A stretch of 64,000 nt of DNA from Camelus dromedarius (taxonomy: Eukaryota). A program made the position numbers and the translations under genes. The notes below the pieces were generated by a model, which was given only the letters and a program-made list of their open reading frames with translations, ran no database searches and was not told the origin of the DNA. Where the stretch lies: positions 85,624,001 through 85,688,000 of the forward strand of contig NC_087436.1 of NCBI RefSeq assembly GCF_036321535.1, read 5' to 3'. This document shows, one piece after another, positions 35,241 to 46,780 of the stretch (positions within the stretch are counted from its first letter, which is position 1; every line of letters begins with the position of its first letter).

Positions 35241-35322
35241 GGGAGGGAGGGATGGATGGATGGATGGATGGATGGACGAGTGGATGGGTAGATGGATGGG
35301 TATGTGGGTGAATGCATAGATG
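35241..35322 (+). repeat. (GGAT)n microsatellite at an L2 tail
   Basis: gatggatggatggatgg... with degenerate units. Confidence 0.9.
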
Positions 35323-35329
35323 GGTTCCT

Positions 35330-35545
35330 CCAGATTTAGCTCAGTCATCACCTCCTCCAGAAAGTTATTCCTAATTCCTCTAGGCCCATAATTCTCCATG
35401 TTCACACACTAATCACAGAGTTCACTCGCTCACACAAATTTATTTGTTTATCCATCTGTCTCCCTACTGGGCTGTGAGCCCCTCAAGGGCAGGGATCATG
35501 TCTCCATGTCTGTGTATCTTCAGTACCCTGAGTGTTGCCTTGTCC
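35330..35545 (+). mobile_element. L2 fragment
   Basis: 'gctcagtcatcacctcctccagaaag...tctgtctccctactgggctgtgagcccctcaagggcaggga'. Confidence 0.75.
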
Positions 35546-35952
35546 ATAATCATCAAACTGAACTGAACAGAATTAAACAATGGCCACGGGCAACACACAT
35601 TCTCTTCTTGGCAATAGACAGTGAGGGAGTGGAAGGCGTGATCTGCTCTCTTCATAGTGAACAAACCCCACAGCCCAAAAGTCTTTGGCAGGAAGTAGCA
35701 TACATGACCACCTGGCTCTGAGTTGTTCCAGTGGCAACCATCTGGAAATTGAGAATAAGATTTCAGATATTCCTGGTATCTGTTATAAACTTTCAGGATT
35801 TCCCTTTTTATTTTGATTAATTGACATGTTCCTATAGAAATACAGGTAAATTAAGATTTTACCCTTTTAGGTAGAAAATTATTTACAATTCAGATTCAGA
35901 ATTAACTCTAAAAGATTTAATCTTTCAGATTAAAAGAATGAAAAAGATTTTC

Positions 35953-36358
35953 CCATTAGCAGCAACATGAATGGACCTAGAGATTATTACACTAAGTAAA
36001 GTAAGCCAGAAAGAGAAAGACAAACCATATGATGTCACTTCTATGTGGAATCTTAAAAAAAAATGACACAAATGAATTTATTTACAAAACAGAAACAGAC
36101 TCATAGACATAGAAAACAAACTTAAGGTTATGGGGTGGGGGGGAGAGGGATAAATTGGGAGTTTGAGACTTGCAGATATTAACTACTATATGTAAAACAG
36201 ATAAATAGCAAGGACCTACTGTATAGCACAGGGAACTATATTCAATATCTTGTAATAACCTATAATGGAAAAGAATATGTATGTGTGTATAACTGAATCA
36301 CCATGCTGTACACCAGAGACTAAAACAACATTGTAAATTGACTATACTTCAATTTAAA
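35953..36358 (+). mobile_element. 5'-truncated L1 3' end with perfect 13-bp TSD
   Basis: 'gcagcaacatgaatggacctagagattattacactaagt...ttgtaaattgactatacttcaat'; TSD GAAAAAGATTTTC at 35940-35952 and 36359-36371. Confidence 0.95.
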
Positions 36359-36374
36359 GAAAAAGATTTTCAGT

Positions 36375-36580
36375 ATTCACTTTGTGCCAAATATATACTA
36401 GATATTTTGAAATTTGTTACCTCATAACAGCCTAAAAACGTAAGTATTGCCTATGTCCAGAAGATGAGACTGAGGTTCAGAGTGGTTAAGTAGTTTGTCT
36501 AAGGACTCACAGCTGATACGTGGCTGGATCTGGGTTAGAATCTGTAACTCCTACATATACGTTCTGTGTATCTTCCACAA
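36375..36580 (-). mobile_element. MIR SINE
   Basis: 'gagactgaggttcagagtggttaagtagtttgtctaagg..cacagctg'. Confidence 0.75.
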
Positions 36581-37434
36581 CACCACTGGAACACAACAGG
36601 AAATCACTCCTAATTTTCCTGCTTTGTTGGTTAGAATTCTTATATTTGGGGCTTTCTTAGAGAGGCTCTCCAGAACTCCTGATGTCCCCTGCTGCAGCTC
36701 TCCAGCTCCACAATTCATCTCCTTTAACGGCTAGCAGGGGTTTAGTAGCATGAACTATACTGACTATGGATATTCCTACTTGAATGGCAGATTGTTTGTG
36801 TAGCAAGTCCCTTTATGATAAAAATGAGGTACTGGGGAAGATTGAAAGCAATTTGGGTTTGAATCATTGTTGACTTTGTGGGCGAGGGTGAATCAGCAAA
36901 TGGATGAACATGTGCTTTCCTTAAAAATTGTACCAAAAAAATGTGATCACTGGGCAAAAATCGAACTTTCACAAAACAGAATATTTTGACTGCAAATCCC
37001 TAGAACAACGATCACGTTGTCTGCAAGTTCTGGCCATACATTATTAATACATTTTCAGAGAAAGGGTTTTAGTAAATGCAGGTTCTATGGCTTTGACTTC
37101 AAGCACTAATACTTTAGAGATGTTCCAGTTTGTGTTTCTTCATTGGATGTGTTTTGGCAAGTGAGAGGTGGAGTGGTATCTGGGACTCAAGAGATTAGCT
37201 CCATTTAATTTTGGAATTCAGATTTTTCCCCAGTGTTTGTATAAATACAATAATGGACTTTAGATCTAATATAAGTGTCATAGTCTCTAAGCTAACTCTG
37301 GAGGCTTCCTATTATTCCTCCTGGGCAGCCCTGCTCAGAATTCCAGCGGCATTCAGGCGGGCGGCAAGGCAGCGCGGTGCAGCGAGATGAGTGCTGGGGT
37401 CACCTAGTCTGTCACCGCATTGCATCGAAAGTGT

Positions 37435-37662
37435 TGTGACCCAATCTTGGCTCCACCCCTTATTAGTTGTATGACCTAGGGCAGGTTGCTGAACCCTTCT
37501 GAGCCTCAGTTTTCTTCCACCCCTTATTAGTTTTATGACCTAGGGCAGGTTGCTGAACCCTTCCGAGCCTCAGTTTTCTTAACTGTAAAATAGACATAAT
37601 AGTGCCAATTCAACACGTTATTGCAAGGATAAGTGAGAAAATTTATGTGAAAGTGCCTGGGA
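37435..37662 (+). mobile_element. MIR SINE containing a 64-bp tandem duplication (37453-37516, 37517-37580)
   Basis: MIR core 'tgacctagggcaggttgctgaacccttctgagcctcagttttctt' occurs twice; the units differ at 2 of 64 positions. Confidence 0.9.
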
Positions 37663-37864
37663 TGGTCTGAGAACTTGGGGGCACCCCTTACTTTGCCAAT
37701 TATGAGGTAGAAGGTCATGGTACATGGATAATGCAACCTTGTATTTGTCAAACTTTTTGACAGCTTCTTGTTGGACTCATCCAAGGCCAGTCTTTGGAAT
37801 GTATGTATATGTGTCCATCCCCATCTGGGGAGAAAGGGACATTAAATTGTGAAATGGAGATTAC

Positions 37865-38058
37865 CTATGTAATGGTCAAAAGTATGAGTTCTGTAGACAG
37901 ACTACATTGGTTTCACTCCTGGCTCTGCTTTGTACCTGCTGTGTAGCCGTGGGCAATTTCCCTAATGTCTCCGTGCCATAGTTTCCTCATCTGTAGAAGG
38001 GGGTAAATAACTTAGGCTTGTTGTGAAGATTAATTGAGTTTATATATAAAATACTTAG
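37865..38058 (+). mobile_element. MIR SINE
   Basis: 'tcctggctctgc...gctgtgtagccgtgggcaa...agtttcctcatctgtagaagggg...ttgttgtgaagattaa'. Confidence 0.8.
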
Positions 38059-38072
38059 TATCAGCTATTCTT

Positions 38073-38167
38073 TTTTTTTTTTCAGTGGAGGTGCTGAGGA
38101 TTGAACCCAGGACCTTGTGCATGCTGAGCATGCACTCTCCCATTTGAGCTATACCCTCCCCCCACCC
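38073..38167 (-). mobile_element. tRNA-derived SINE, camelid Vic-1-like, with perfect 16-bp TSD
   Basis: Minus strand 'gggtgggggagggtatagctcaaatgggagagtgcatgctcagcatgcacaaggtcctgggttcaatcctcagcacctcc' plus poly(A); TSD AGTATCAGCTATTCTT at 38057-38072 and 38168-38183. Confidence 0.92.
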
Positions 38168-38944
38168 AGTATCAGCTATTCTTATTTAACCTTGCATTTG
38201 TGACTGAGCTGGAAACAGATCTCTTTGGCTTTTAAGTCCCCCAAGTCAATAGCTATGTTCTCCATTTCTAGGATCAGCAGGACGTGGCAGAGGAGAAAAC
38301 TATTGGCAATGAAAGTGCCAGAGCGTCCAAGGAGACTTGTGCTCAAGGAGGTGCTGGCACAGTGATGGGTGATGTGTACAGGCAGTGGAATAGAAGCCGA
38401 GCCTGGAGACGTACAACAGGGGTGGGGGGAGCAATCGTAGAGGGCAGCACCCCGCGGTACTCTCTGCTGCCTGCGGATGACGCTTGTGTTGAAGGCAGGA
38501 TTTGAGGCTCGGGGTTTGGGGATGTGGCAGGTGTCCAGAGTCACCCACAGAGAGGCAGTTAGAGTGGAAGGAGCCCGGAGCCCTGCTTGGCATCTGCAGA
38601 GTGTTCAGGCCTCTTCCTAGAGCGTTATGTTCAGAGTACTGGCTAGCGGAGAGGGCAGAGGGCTCCAGGGGGTGCATTTCCCTGGGAACTGGAGGAATGA
38701 AGCCACCAGGGCCCTTGGTGGTGACAGAGGGCCAAGGCTGCCAGGACAGTTAGCAGGTGACAACCAGGGTTAAGACAAAGGAGAAGGGTGATTACATAAA
38801 GCTACCCCTCAACTCAAATCTGTGTTAATAGATTTAATGCAACTTAGATCATTAAATGTCTGGAGTCCTGGGTCCAGGGGATTACTGTCAAGGTAAATAT
38901 ATTAGAGATGATAATGCAGAGTGGAAACAGAATGTGTCCTGTTT

Positions 38945-39588
38945 CATTGCCTGAACTCGGGAACCAGACTTCCTGGGTTTGAAATCCATTTCTGCTACTT
39001 CCTCACTGTGTAGTTTTGGGAAATTTACTAAATTTCTCTTCTGACTCAGTTTCCTCATTGTAGTGGGTTGAATTGGGTTCCCCAACACTCATATGTTGAA
39101 GCTTCTACCCTAGTACCTCAGAATATGAATGTATTTAGAGATAGGGCCTTGAGAAATGATTGAATTAAAATGAAACCATTAGAATAGGCGTTAATCCAAT
39201 CTGACTGGTGCCCTTGTAAGAACAGGAGATTCAGACACAAAAAGGGAGACCAGGGATGAGCAGGCACAGAGGAAAGACCATGGGAAGAGGTGGGAAGAGC
39301 GCCGCTGACTGCAAGCCAAGGAGAGAGGCCTCAGGGGACACCAACCCTGTCAACACCTTGATCTTGGACTTCCAGCCTCCAGAATTGTGAGAACATTTAT
39401 TTGTGTTGTTTAAGTCTGTGTTGTTTTGTTACGGCAGTCCTAGGAAATTAATAAACTTATCTACAAAATGAAGGTTTAAAATAGTACCAACTTCATGGGG
39501 TTGTTATGAAGTTTAAATGAGATATTCCAAGTAAAGCACCTGTTACCTTGTCTGGGCCATAGTTAACACTCAACAAACGTTAGCATTA
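38945..39588 (+). mobile_element. MIR SINE split by an MLT1 LTR (MIR parts 38945-39058 and 39461-39588)
   Basis: 'ctcagtttcctcat' resumes as 'ctacaaaatgaagg...gggttgttatgaagtttaaatgaga' after the LTR. Confidence 0.8.
39059..39455 (+). mobile_element. MLT1A/B solo LTR
   Basis: 'tgtagtgggttgaattgg...ctcagaatatgaatgtatttagagatagggcc...gatcttggacttccagcctccagaattgtgaga...ggcagtcctaggaaattaata'; TSD ctcat/cttat. Confidence 0.9.
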
Positions 39589-39717
39589 TGAAGGTGCATC
39601 TGCAGGTTCTGCTATAATATTGGGGTTGGGTGGGGGTGGGGAGAGGTTCTCCAAACTGCAGAGGGGGTGACTAAGTGGCACTTATCATGGACTAAGTGCT
39701 TATATGTTTAGGGTCCT

Positions 39718-40220
39718 GTTTTGGATTAGATTTGGCTGCAAGCAATAGAAAAATAATAGAATACTTAAATGAGATAAAATGTATTTCTCTCTCCCTTGCC
39801 AACATCTGGAGGCAAAGAGTCCAGGGCATTTATGGTAATCCATTATGTTAGGGACTTAAGCTCTTTCTATTTTGTTAAATTGTCGATATGTGGATTTCAT
39901 TCCCTCAAGTCTCCTCATTGTCCAAGATGGCTGCAGGAGCTCCCACCATTGTATCCCAGGTCTACCAAGGGTGACAGACAAAAGCATGAAAAAGGGCAAA
40001 CCCTCATTTTAAAGACACTTCCAGGAAATTACGCATACCTCTTCCACTTGCATTTCTTTGGCCAGAACTTATTCCCATGGCCACACTCAGCTGCTGTGGA
40101 GACTGGGAAATATAATCTTTATTCCAGACTACCAAGAATCCAGCTGAAAACCCATGATTCTATTATGGGGGATAAAAGGGAGAAGAGACACTTGGTAACA
40201 ACAATTGATCTCCATCACAG
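39718..40220 (-). mobile_element. Old MLT1K/L-like LTR
   Basis: 'tttggctgcaagcaatagaaa', 'tccaagatggctgcaggagctccc', 'ttggccagaactt..ccatggccacac...actgggaaatata'. Confidence 0.7.
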
Positions 40221-41319
40221 TGGTGTATCTGTGTACTCATGAAACAGCTGCCGTTGCTATGTTATCTTTTTCTGGTGGGGAAACAGGCTTGGTCTCTTCT
40301 TCAAGGGCCATACAGCTAGAAGTGGCCAGGGTTTGATCTCATCCCGAGTATTTTTCTGCTACAGTCTGTCCTCTTAACAAGTAAGAATGACTGCTTCTCA
40401 CGCAATCAAGGATCTTCAAGGTGCTGGTGACAAGCTGCCCACATCCCCACTGCCATTTGACAGGAGACTAGCAAGTTAGATGGCCATCACTTAAGTCAGA
40501 CATGAAGAAGAACGTTTTACATCTTACCATAATGGTGCATGGAAATGGGTCTTGAAGAAAAGTCTGATGTCTTCTTGCCCTTCCTGTGAGATGCTCAGGG
40601 ATATGTGAGAGTGAACTCCCTGGGATTTTCGGGGGGGGGGACCCCTCCCCTGAAAGTTAGTTGCTGGTGAATATGTGATTAGAAAGAAAGGGGAGTATAT
40701 ACATGAAGGAAAAAAATGATTGCTGTATCTGGTTAGCTTAAAGGCTTCTGGGGAGAAAAAGTAGTCTGAGAGAAAAGTTGAAGGAATAAATGCTAAACTG
40801 AAATAGAAAAGAAAAAAAAAAGCTTTCACCAAAATGTCAGAGGAAAAAGAAGTGCTGGGAAGCCAGGCCTTTAATAGGTGAGTAAAGCTGGAGACAGTTC
40901 TTCAAGGGGAGAGCTTCTGGGCTACTTTTCTAGAAATACTCGTTTCCTTCTTTTTTCACTCAGCTCATTCACAGGTGTCCATTTCAGAATACCTACTCTC
41001 TGACAGGTAAATAGGCTAAATGGAAAAGAAAGAAATCTCACTCTGATGAATGAAGCCAAGACTGCAGCTCCAGGAAGCCCAGGAGACTGGGGGTGCGAGG
41101 GGAGTGTTGGGAGTGAGAGTCCCAGATAAGGAAAATCTTCCCAACCTCAAAGCCATCAGTGAGGGCAAAAACCAACAAGGATGCACTGGACGAAGGGAGG
41201 ATGGGTGGGGTAGAGGTTGACTGAATCCAGACACCGTCAAGATAAATAGACGAGAAGAGCAACCAAAATCTTGCCTGAAAGCTGAGATCTTTGCCAGATT
41301 TTTGTTTTAAGTGGTTCTT

Positions 41320-41651
41320 TAAATGAGCTTATTTAACAAACAGAAACAGACTCACAGACATAGAAAACAAACTTATGGTTACCTAGGGGGAACACAGGGG
41401 AGGGATAAAACAGGAGTTTGGAATTAGCAGATACAAACTACTATATATAAAATAGATGAATAACAAGGTCTTGCGGTTTAGCACAGGGAACTACATTCGA
41501 TATCTTATAATAACCTATAATGATAAAGAATATGAAAAAGAATATATATATATGTAACTGAATCACCATCCTATACACCAGAAACTGGCACAACATTGTA
41601 AATCAACAATACTTCAATTAAGAAAAAACAAAAAGCAAAAAACAAAAAAAA
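41320..41651 (+). mobile_element. 5'-truncated L1 3' end with A-rich tail
   Basis: 'aaacagaaacagactcacagacatagaaaacaaacttatggttacc...cacaacattgtaaatcaacaatacttcaattaagaaaaaacaaaaagcaaaa'. Confidence 0.93.
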
Positions 41652-42559
41652 TGGCCCTGACTAGAGTGTTTTTTGATTGGCCCAGATGAGTGAAAACAAT
41701 GCTAGGACTCATGGAATGATGTTCCTCAAATGCCAGAAATCCTTCCAGTGGCCTCATGTGTATGGTGAAGGAGGTGGCCCTGATGTGGTCCAGGCGGTGG
41801 AGAGCAGCTGGTACCTCGACACAGATCTGTCTCTGGCCCTGTCCTAGTGTGTGATACCTACCTGTGCTAACCCTTCATTGGGTTAAGGTGTTGTTCCTTC
41901 AAAGCACCTGTTAAAAGGCAGCGATACCCCAGGAGGCTAACCCATTAGCACTGCAGGGCATTGAGCACTGAAGTGTTTCTTAGATGAGATGCCACAAAGG
42001 TCTGAAGTTGGATGAGTTGTCCTGATTGGAACATTAGGGAGGAGGAGGAAAAGAGGAGCCAAGGGAGTGTGGGGAAAGCACTGGGCAATTGACCTGGAAG
42101 GGTGGGGGTCAGTTATAAACGGAAAGATATGGGGACCCCTGAAGGTCTCCTTTCTCCCCGACATGTTCTTCCAGGGTTAGACCTGTTCTCACCTAAGGGC
42201 TCTTATTCTTCCTCACGGCCATGTGTGAATTCACTTGGGGTGGTCCCTGGAAAGGAGATGCCTCGCTTTCTTTTAATTATTAAAACAATAAAATGATAGC
42301 ACAATCATTAGGCATTGGTTCTTAATTTGGGAGGGAAATGATAATAAAATTCCTCTGAGTCTCTAATGAAAATGATACTTCCATGTCTCAAAAAATGTGT
42401 TTTATACACAGCCACGCAAAATATTATATATTCTCATTTGATTTATGAACACCATGGGAGCCAATCTCTGGATCTCATAGGAAGCACAGTCTCCTTGTTA
42501 AAATGCTCAGATTTATTTTTTAATAACTCTAACAGAGATTTCATTTTTGCACATTTCTT

Positions 42560-43030
42560 CTAAGTCTTCTTCCATATGCAAGCATAATTGTTAGCATGCA
42601 ATCACAGTCTGCATACAATTTATGTGTTCTTTATGAAATCTAACATTATCTTGTAAACATTTTTCTATGTTGCTGTATAGCCTTCATAATTATAAATTTG
42701 AATGAATGCATAATATTATATGGAATTTGTTGCAGCATAATTTTCTTAACTGTTCCTCAATGATTAGGTGTTTAAATGGCTTCTAATTTCGTAGTATAGC
42801 TAAATGCTGCATTGACTGTCTATACATTTACTTTGCTTCTGTTGAATGTTTCCTTCAGACAAATTCCTAGGAGTGGTTTTACTGAATCAAATTTTAAGAA
42901 CATTTATACAGCTCTTGAAACGATGTCACATTGGCTTCCAGAGGGGTTATAATTTTTACTACTGCCAACAACATAGAAGTGTCCCAGTTTCACTATACCT
43001 TTTCCTATAATGGAAATTGTTGGGGAATTT
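42560..43030 (-). mobile_element. Old L1ME-type fragment
   Basis: 'ataattttcttaac..ttcctc..tgattagg', 'aaattcctaggagtgg', 'ctgccaacaacatagaagtgtcccagtttc'. Confidence 0.65.
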
Positions 43031-43432
43031 TTTATTCTAATTTTGTGTTTGTCATACCATCAAGGGGACAGCCTGATTACCAAAGGGTGAGGTGAAGAAT
43101 GAGAAGAGTGGGTTGGGAGGATGGAAAAGTCTGAGTCTACAACGGGAATGGATAAAGCTTCTCTATTTTTAAAAAAGGCTGGAATCAGGCAGGAGATGTG
43201 TATTAAGGAGGTGATCCACTGACTCAGAAAACAGTGCATCCCCATTGCCTGTTCAATCCCTTCTCAAGCCTTCACTTGTAAATTCCCCCAGTCAAAATGG
43301 AAACAATGGCTGAGGTTAGGTCAGAACCAGCAAGGTCACCCTGGCTCAGTTTACAAGGCTACTATGATGCAGTCCATGTTGGTGGTCTCTCCTCATGGAT
43401 ATATTGTTCTCAAAAAGTGCCTTGTCCTTGAT

Positions 43433-43743
43433 AGCAATGCTGTCCCATAGAAACATGCAAGCCATATATGGAATTTTCTATTTTCCAGTAGCTACATTAA
43501 AAGAAACAGGTGAAATTAATTTTAATAATATATTTTCTTTAACCCATCATATCCAGAATATTATCATTTCTACATGTAATCAATATAAAAATTATTAATT
43601 GGATATTTTGCCTTCCTTTTTTCACACTAAATCTTTGAAATTTGACTCATATTTTGTACTCAGAGCACATCCCAATTCCAGCTAGCCGCATGTCTGGTCC
43701 TCTTTCCCACATGCGATCCTGCCCACTGTCCCAGACAGCATAG
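43433..43743. mobile_element. MER33 hAT-Charlie element
   Basis: 'tgctgtcccatagaaa..atgcaagccatat...ttccagtagctacattaaaagaaacaggtgaaattaattttaataatatattttctttaaccca...ctagccgcat...gacagca'. Confidence 0.85.
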
Positions 43744-44074
43744 CTCTGCCTCTCAGCCCACCATGGGTGCATGGGCTACACTTTTTAATGTTTTGAGCTA
43801 CTGGGAAATATTTTTTGTTATGCTTTGGGCTAATGGGAAGTCAGAACCACACTCTTTATCAGGAAAGAGCATTTCATTAGCAATATAAAATATCCTGGGT
43901 CAGATGGCCCACTGTGGTTGTAGGGGGCACACCGGGAAACACTGGCGATGTGCTGTGATACGGCAGAATACACAGATTCAGGTCCCACTTCAGACACAGT
44001 GAAACAGGATCTCTGGAGGGAGTCTGGAAATCTGTACTTCTGAAACAGACTTTTTAATTACAGGCTTTAATACA

Positions 44075-44205
44075 ATAATACATGGTGCCTGTTATTAATA
44101 GGAGGAAATTGAGTCCCAGAGAGAGCCAGTGACTCACACATGTTCTCATAGTTGGGGGTCAGCCAACCCTAGAACCTCAGTCCTACCCTCCAGGCTCCTT
44201 TCCTT
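44075..44205 (-). mobile_element. MIR SINE fragment
   Basis: 'aggaggaaattgagtcccagagag...gtgactc...ctagaacc'. Confidence 0.55.
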
Positions 44206-45368
44206 ACCACCTTCCCTGCCAACAATTCTTCAGGCACAGATCCCACCAACAAAATACCTGCTGGTGTGTGACAGGCATCAGTGGCTTTAGGAACAGTCAA
44301 AATAACTTTCTGGAAAGATAAAATATGTTTATCCACTTAACTCAAATAAGAGGAGGAAGAATAAATCTCTTCCTGTAATCTGGCTTGGTCTCTAGTTGAA
44401 ATTACTCTCTTATCAAATAGTTAGAAACAAATCATGTGGTAAGATTAGGGGACCAAAAAGGACACTCATAGCCAATCTTTAACAAAAGCTATAGTCCCAG
44501 CCTCCTTTCTTGTTTTCACTGTGGAAATATGCAGGTGCACACTTAGATCGGAAAGTGTGAAGTAGATTCCTTAGAGAAGTTTCAGTAACAGAGAAAACCT
44601 AGCTAAATTGCTGGCTATGGCCAGGGCCACATGGGAAAATGCTCTTCAGACCCAAGTGTGATAAGGAAACAAGAATGGCCAGAACAGAGGGTCTGTAAAC
44701 ATCCCGATGACAATGAGGGACAAACAGCTGGGCAGAGACCAAATCAGTTCAGGCACACGTACTCGTGCTTTCGATCCAAGTGCAAGATGAACGGATGCAG
44801 AGTAGGTGGCAGCTGCAACGCAGCTGGACTCTGGAGGCATGTGATAGCGTGACTTGCAAATCATGCTTGAAAAATTCATTCTACTGAGCTTGGACGTGAA
44901 CACAGTCATATGGGTCCCCAGTCAGCTTACACACCGCAGCCAAGAGGGAGACAGAAATGCAACTGGGCTAATGAGCAGCATTAGCACCACTTTGGGTTGG
45001 ACATGGCTGTTTTTCAGGGAAGGAACTGCCCAGGAAATGCACTATATTTGGAAATGACCCTAAATAGAGTAATTGGAATGATGGACTGGCTTAAGCAAAA
45101 AGAGCTTGACTGAGAGATGCTTACGTTATGCTCTAAGCATGTAAGGCATTTGTAAGGGCTCTATCAAAGTGTCTGAAATGAAAGGTGATTCTGAGATCTT
45201 CTATTGGTCCAGCACTCAGGGACTGCAAAGAACCTCACCTTAACTTTCATTTCACAAATGAGGAAATGAGGCTCAAAGAAATTAAGGAAATATCAGATGT
45301 GTGTGTGTGGACATGCACACCATGTTAGATATACACACCCCGTGAATATGCACACTGTATTACGTACC

Positions 45369-46356
45369 CAGTTGACCCTTGAACAATACAGGTTTGAACT
45401 ATGCAAGTCCACTTATATGTGTTTTTTATCAAGAAATATACTGGAGAATTTATTGGAGATTTGTGACAATTTGAACAAACTCACAGACAGACTGCATATC
45501 CTAGAAGTATCAAAAAAATTAAGAAAAAGGTATGGCATGAATGTATAAAATATATGCAAATACTAGTCTACCCTTACCTAGGCATAAGGCAGGTGATATT
45601 TAATGTAAAATGAATAATGTTTCAGTTTTCTTACTGTTTTCTAACTTTGCTTTCAAAGAATTACGTTACCATACGGTGTGCCTCTCTCTCTGGTAATTGG
45701 AGAAACTGCCCATCAGCCTATCATCACAGGTAAGTGGTTTTCTAAAAAAGGTAACAGTGGTCCCAGTACTGTATTGTGAATATATATGACAGTGATACTG
45801 TATGCCATAAAAATTTTATAATGATTCATTCATTAATGTATAGGTGAGGCTACCATGCAGCTATCATGTTAAGCAGGAACCACAAAGCAGTCATATTGCT
45901 GCTGCTTCATTATCAATGCAAGAATCGTTATCCTTAAAAAGGAACATGAATTTCCTTTTCCTATGATCTTTTCATTTTCATGTCCAGTGTTGGTAATACA
46001 TAGGACGTCTACAGTGTTTTGCATCATATAAGACTGCATTGATGTCGGTACTGACAGTCGATTCGTCTTGTAAACAGTATTGATAAAGACAGTCCGGCAG
46101 TGTAAATGCATTTTCTCTTCCTTACGGTTTCCATAATAACATTTGCTTTCCTCTAGCTTACTTTATTTAAGAATACAGCATACACTACATATAACAGACA
46201 AAATATGTGTTAATTGACTGTTTATGTTATTGGTAAGGCTTCCTGTCAACAGTAGGCTGTTAGTGGTTGAGTTTTGGGGGCATCGAAAGCTATTTGCAGA
46301 TGTTCAGCTATGCAGGGGCTGGCACCCCAACCTCCGTATTGTTCATGGGTCAACTA
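45369..46356. mobile_element. Tigger2-family (TcMar-Tigger) non-autonomous DNA transposon
   Basis: TIRs CAGTTGACCCTTGAACAATAC ... GTATTGTTCATGGGTCAACTA, with TA on the right flank; internal 'ttttctcttccttacg...tttcctctagcttactttat...gactgtttatgttattggtaaggcttcc.gtcaacagtaggct'. Confidence 0.9.
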
Positions 46357-46424
46357 TATTTATGCATTCTATGTTATAGTAATATATGCATATATGTCTA
46401 TATATGTCTCCATGTAGTAGTGTT

Positions 46425-46720
46425 GTCATTCATTAAAATATTGATTGAGTAATTACTAGGTACTAGGCACTGAGTAGCTGCTGTCTCAACAAGGGTAAGG
46501 GGTACAGGTGTGGCCGCAGCTCTCATGAAGCTTGCAGTCTAACTGGGAAGAAAACATTAAATGAATAGTTGCAAACTAAATATATAATTCGAGTCTGGAG
46601 TACATGCTACAAATGAAAAGCACAGGGGTCATGAGGATGTGTAAGAAAGGGGGTCCGGCCCAGCCTGAGGAAGGGGCTTTGAGCTGAGATGTCGGTACGA
46701 GCAGGTGCTAACTACAGTCT
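46425..46720 (-). mobile_element. L2 3' fragment
   Basis: 'tcattcattaaaatattgattgag..actaggtactaggcactg...ctctcatgaagcttgcagtcta'. Confidence 0.75.
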
Positions 46721-46740
46721 AGGCTGCGTCTGCCGAGGAT

Positions 46741-46780
46741 GCGGAAGTGAAAACCACCAGGGCTGGGGTTCACCACGTGG
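46741..46780 (+). promoter_or_regulatory. ETS-IRF composite element plus E-box (motif only)
   Basis: GCGGAAGTGAAA contains GGAAnnGAAA at 46743-46752; CACGTG at 46774-46779. Confidence 0.3.

Noticed and set aside
37453..37580. Direct repeats considered as a CRISPR-like array
   Set aside because: Two abutting units without spacers inside a MIR in a mammalian genome; no cas genes
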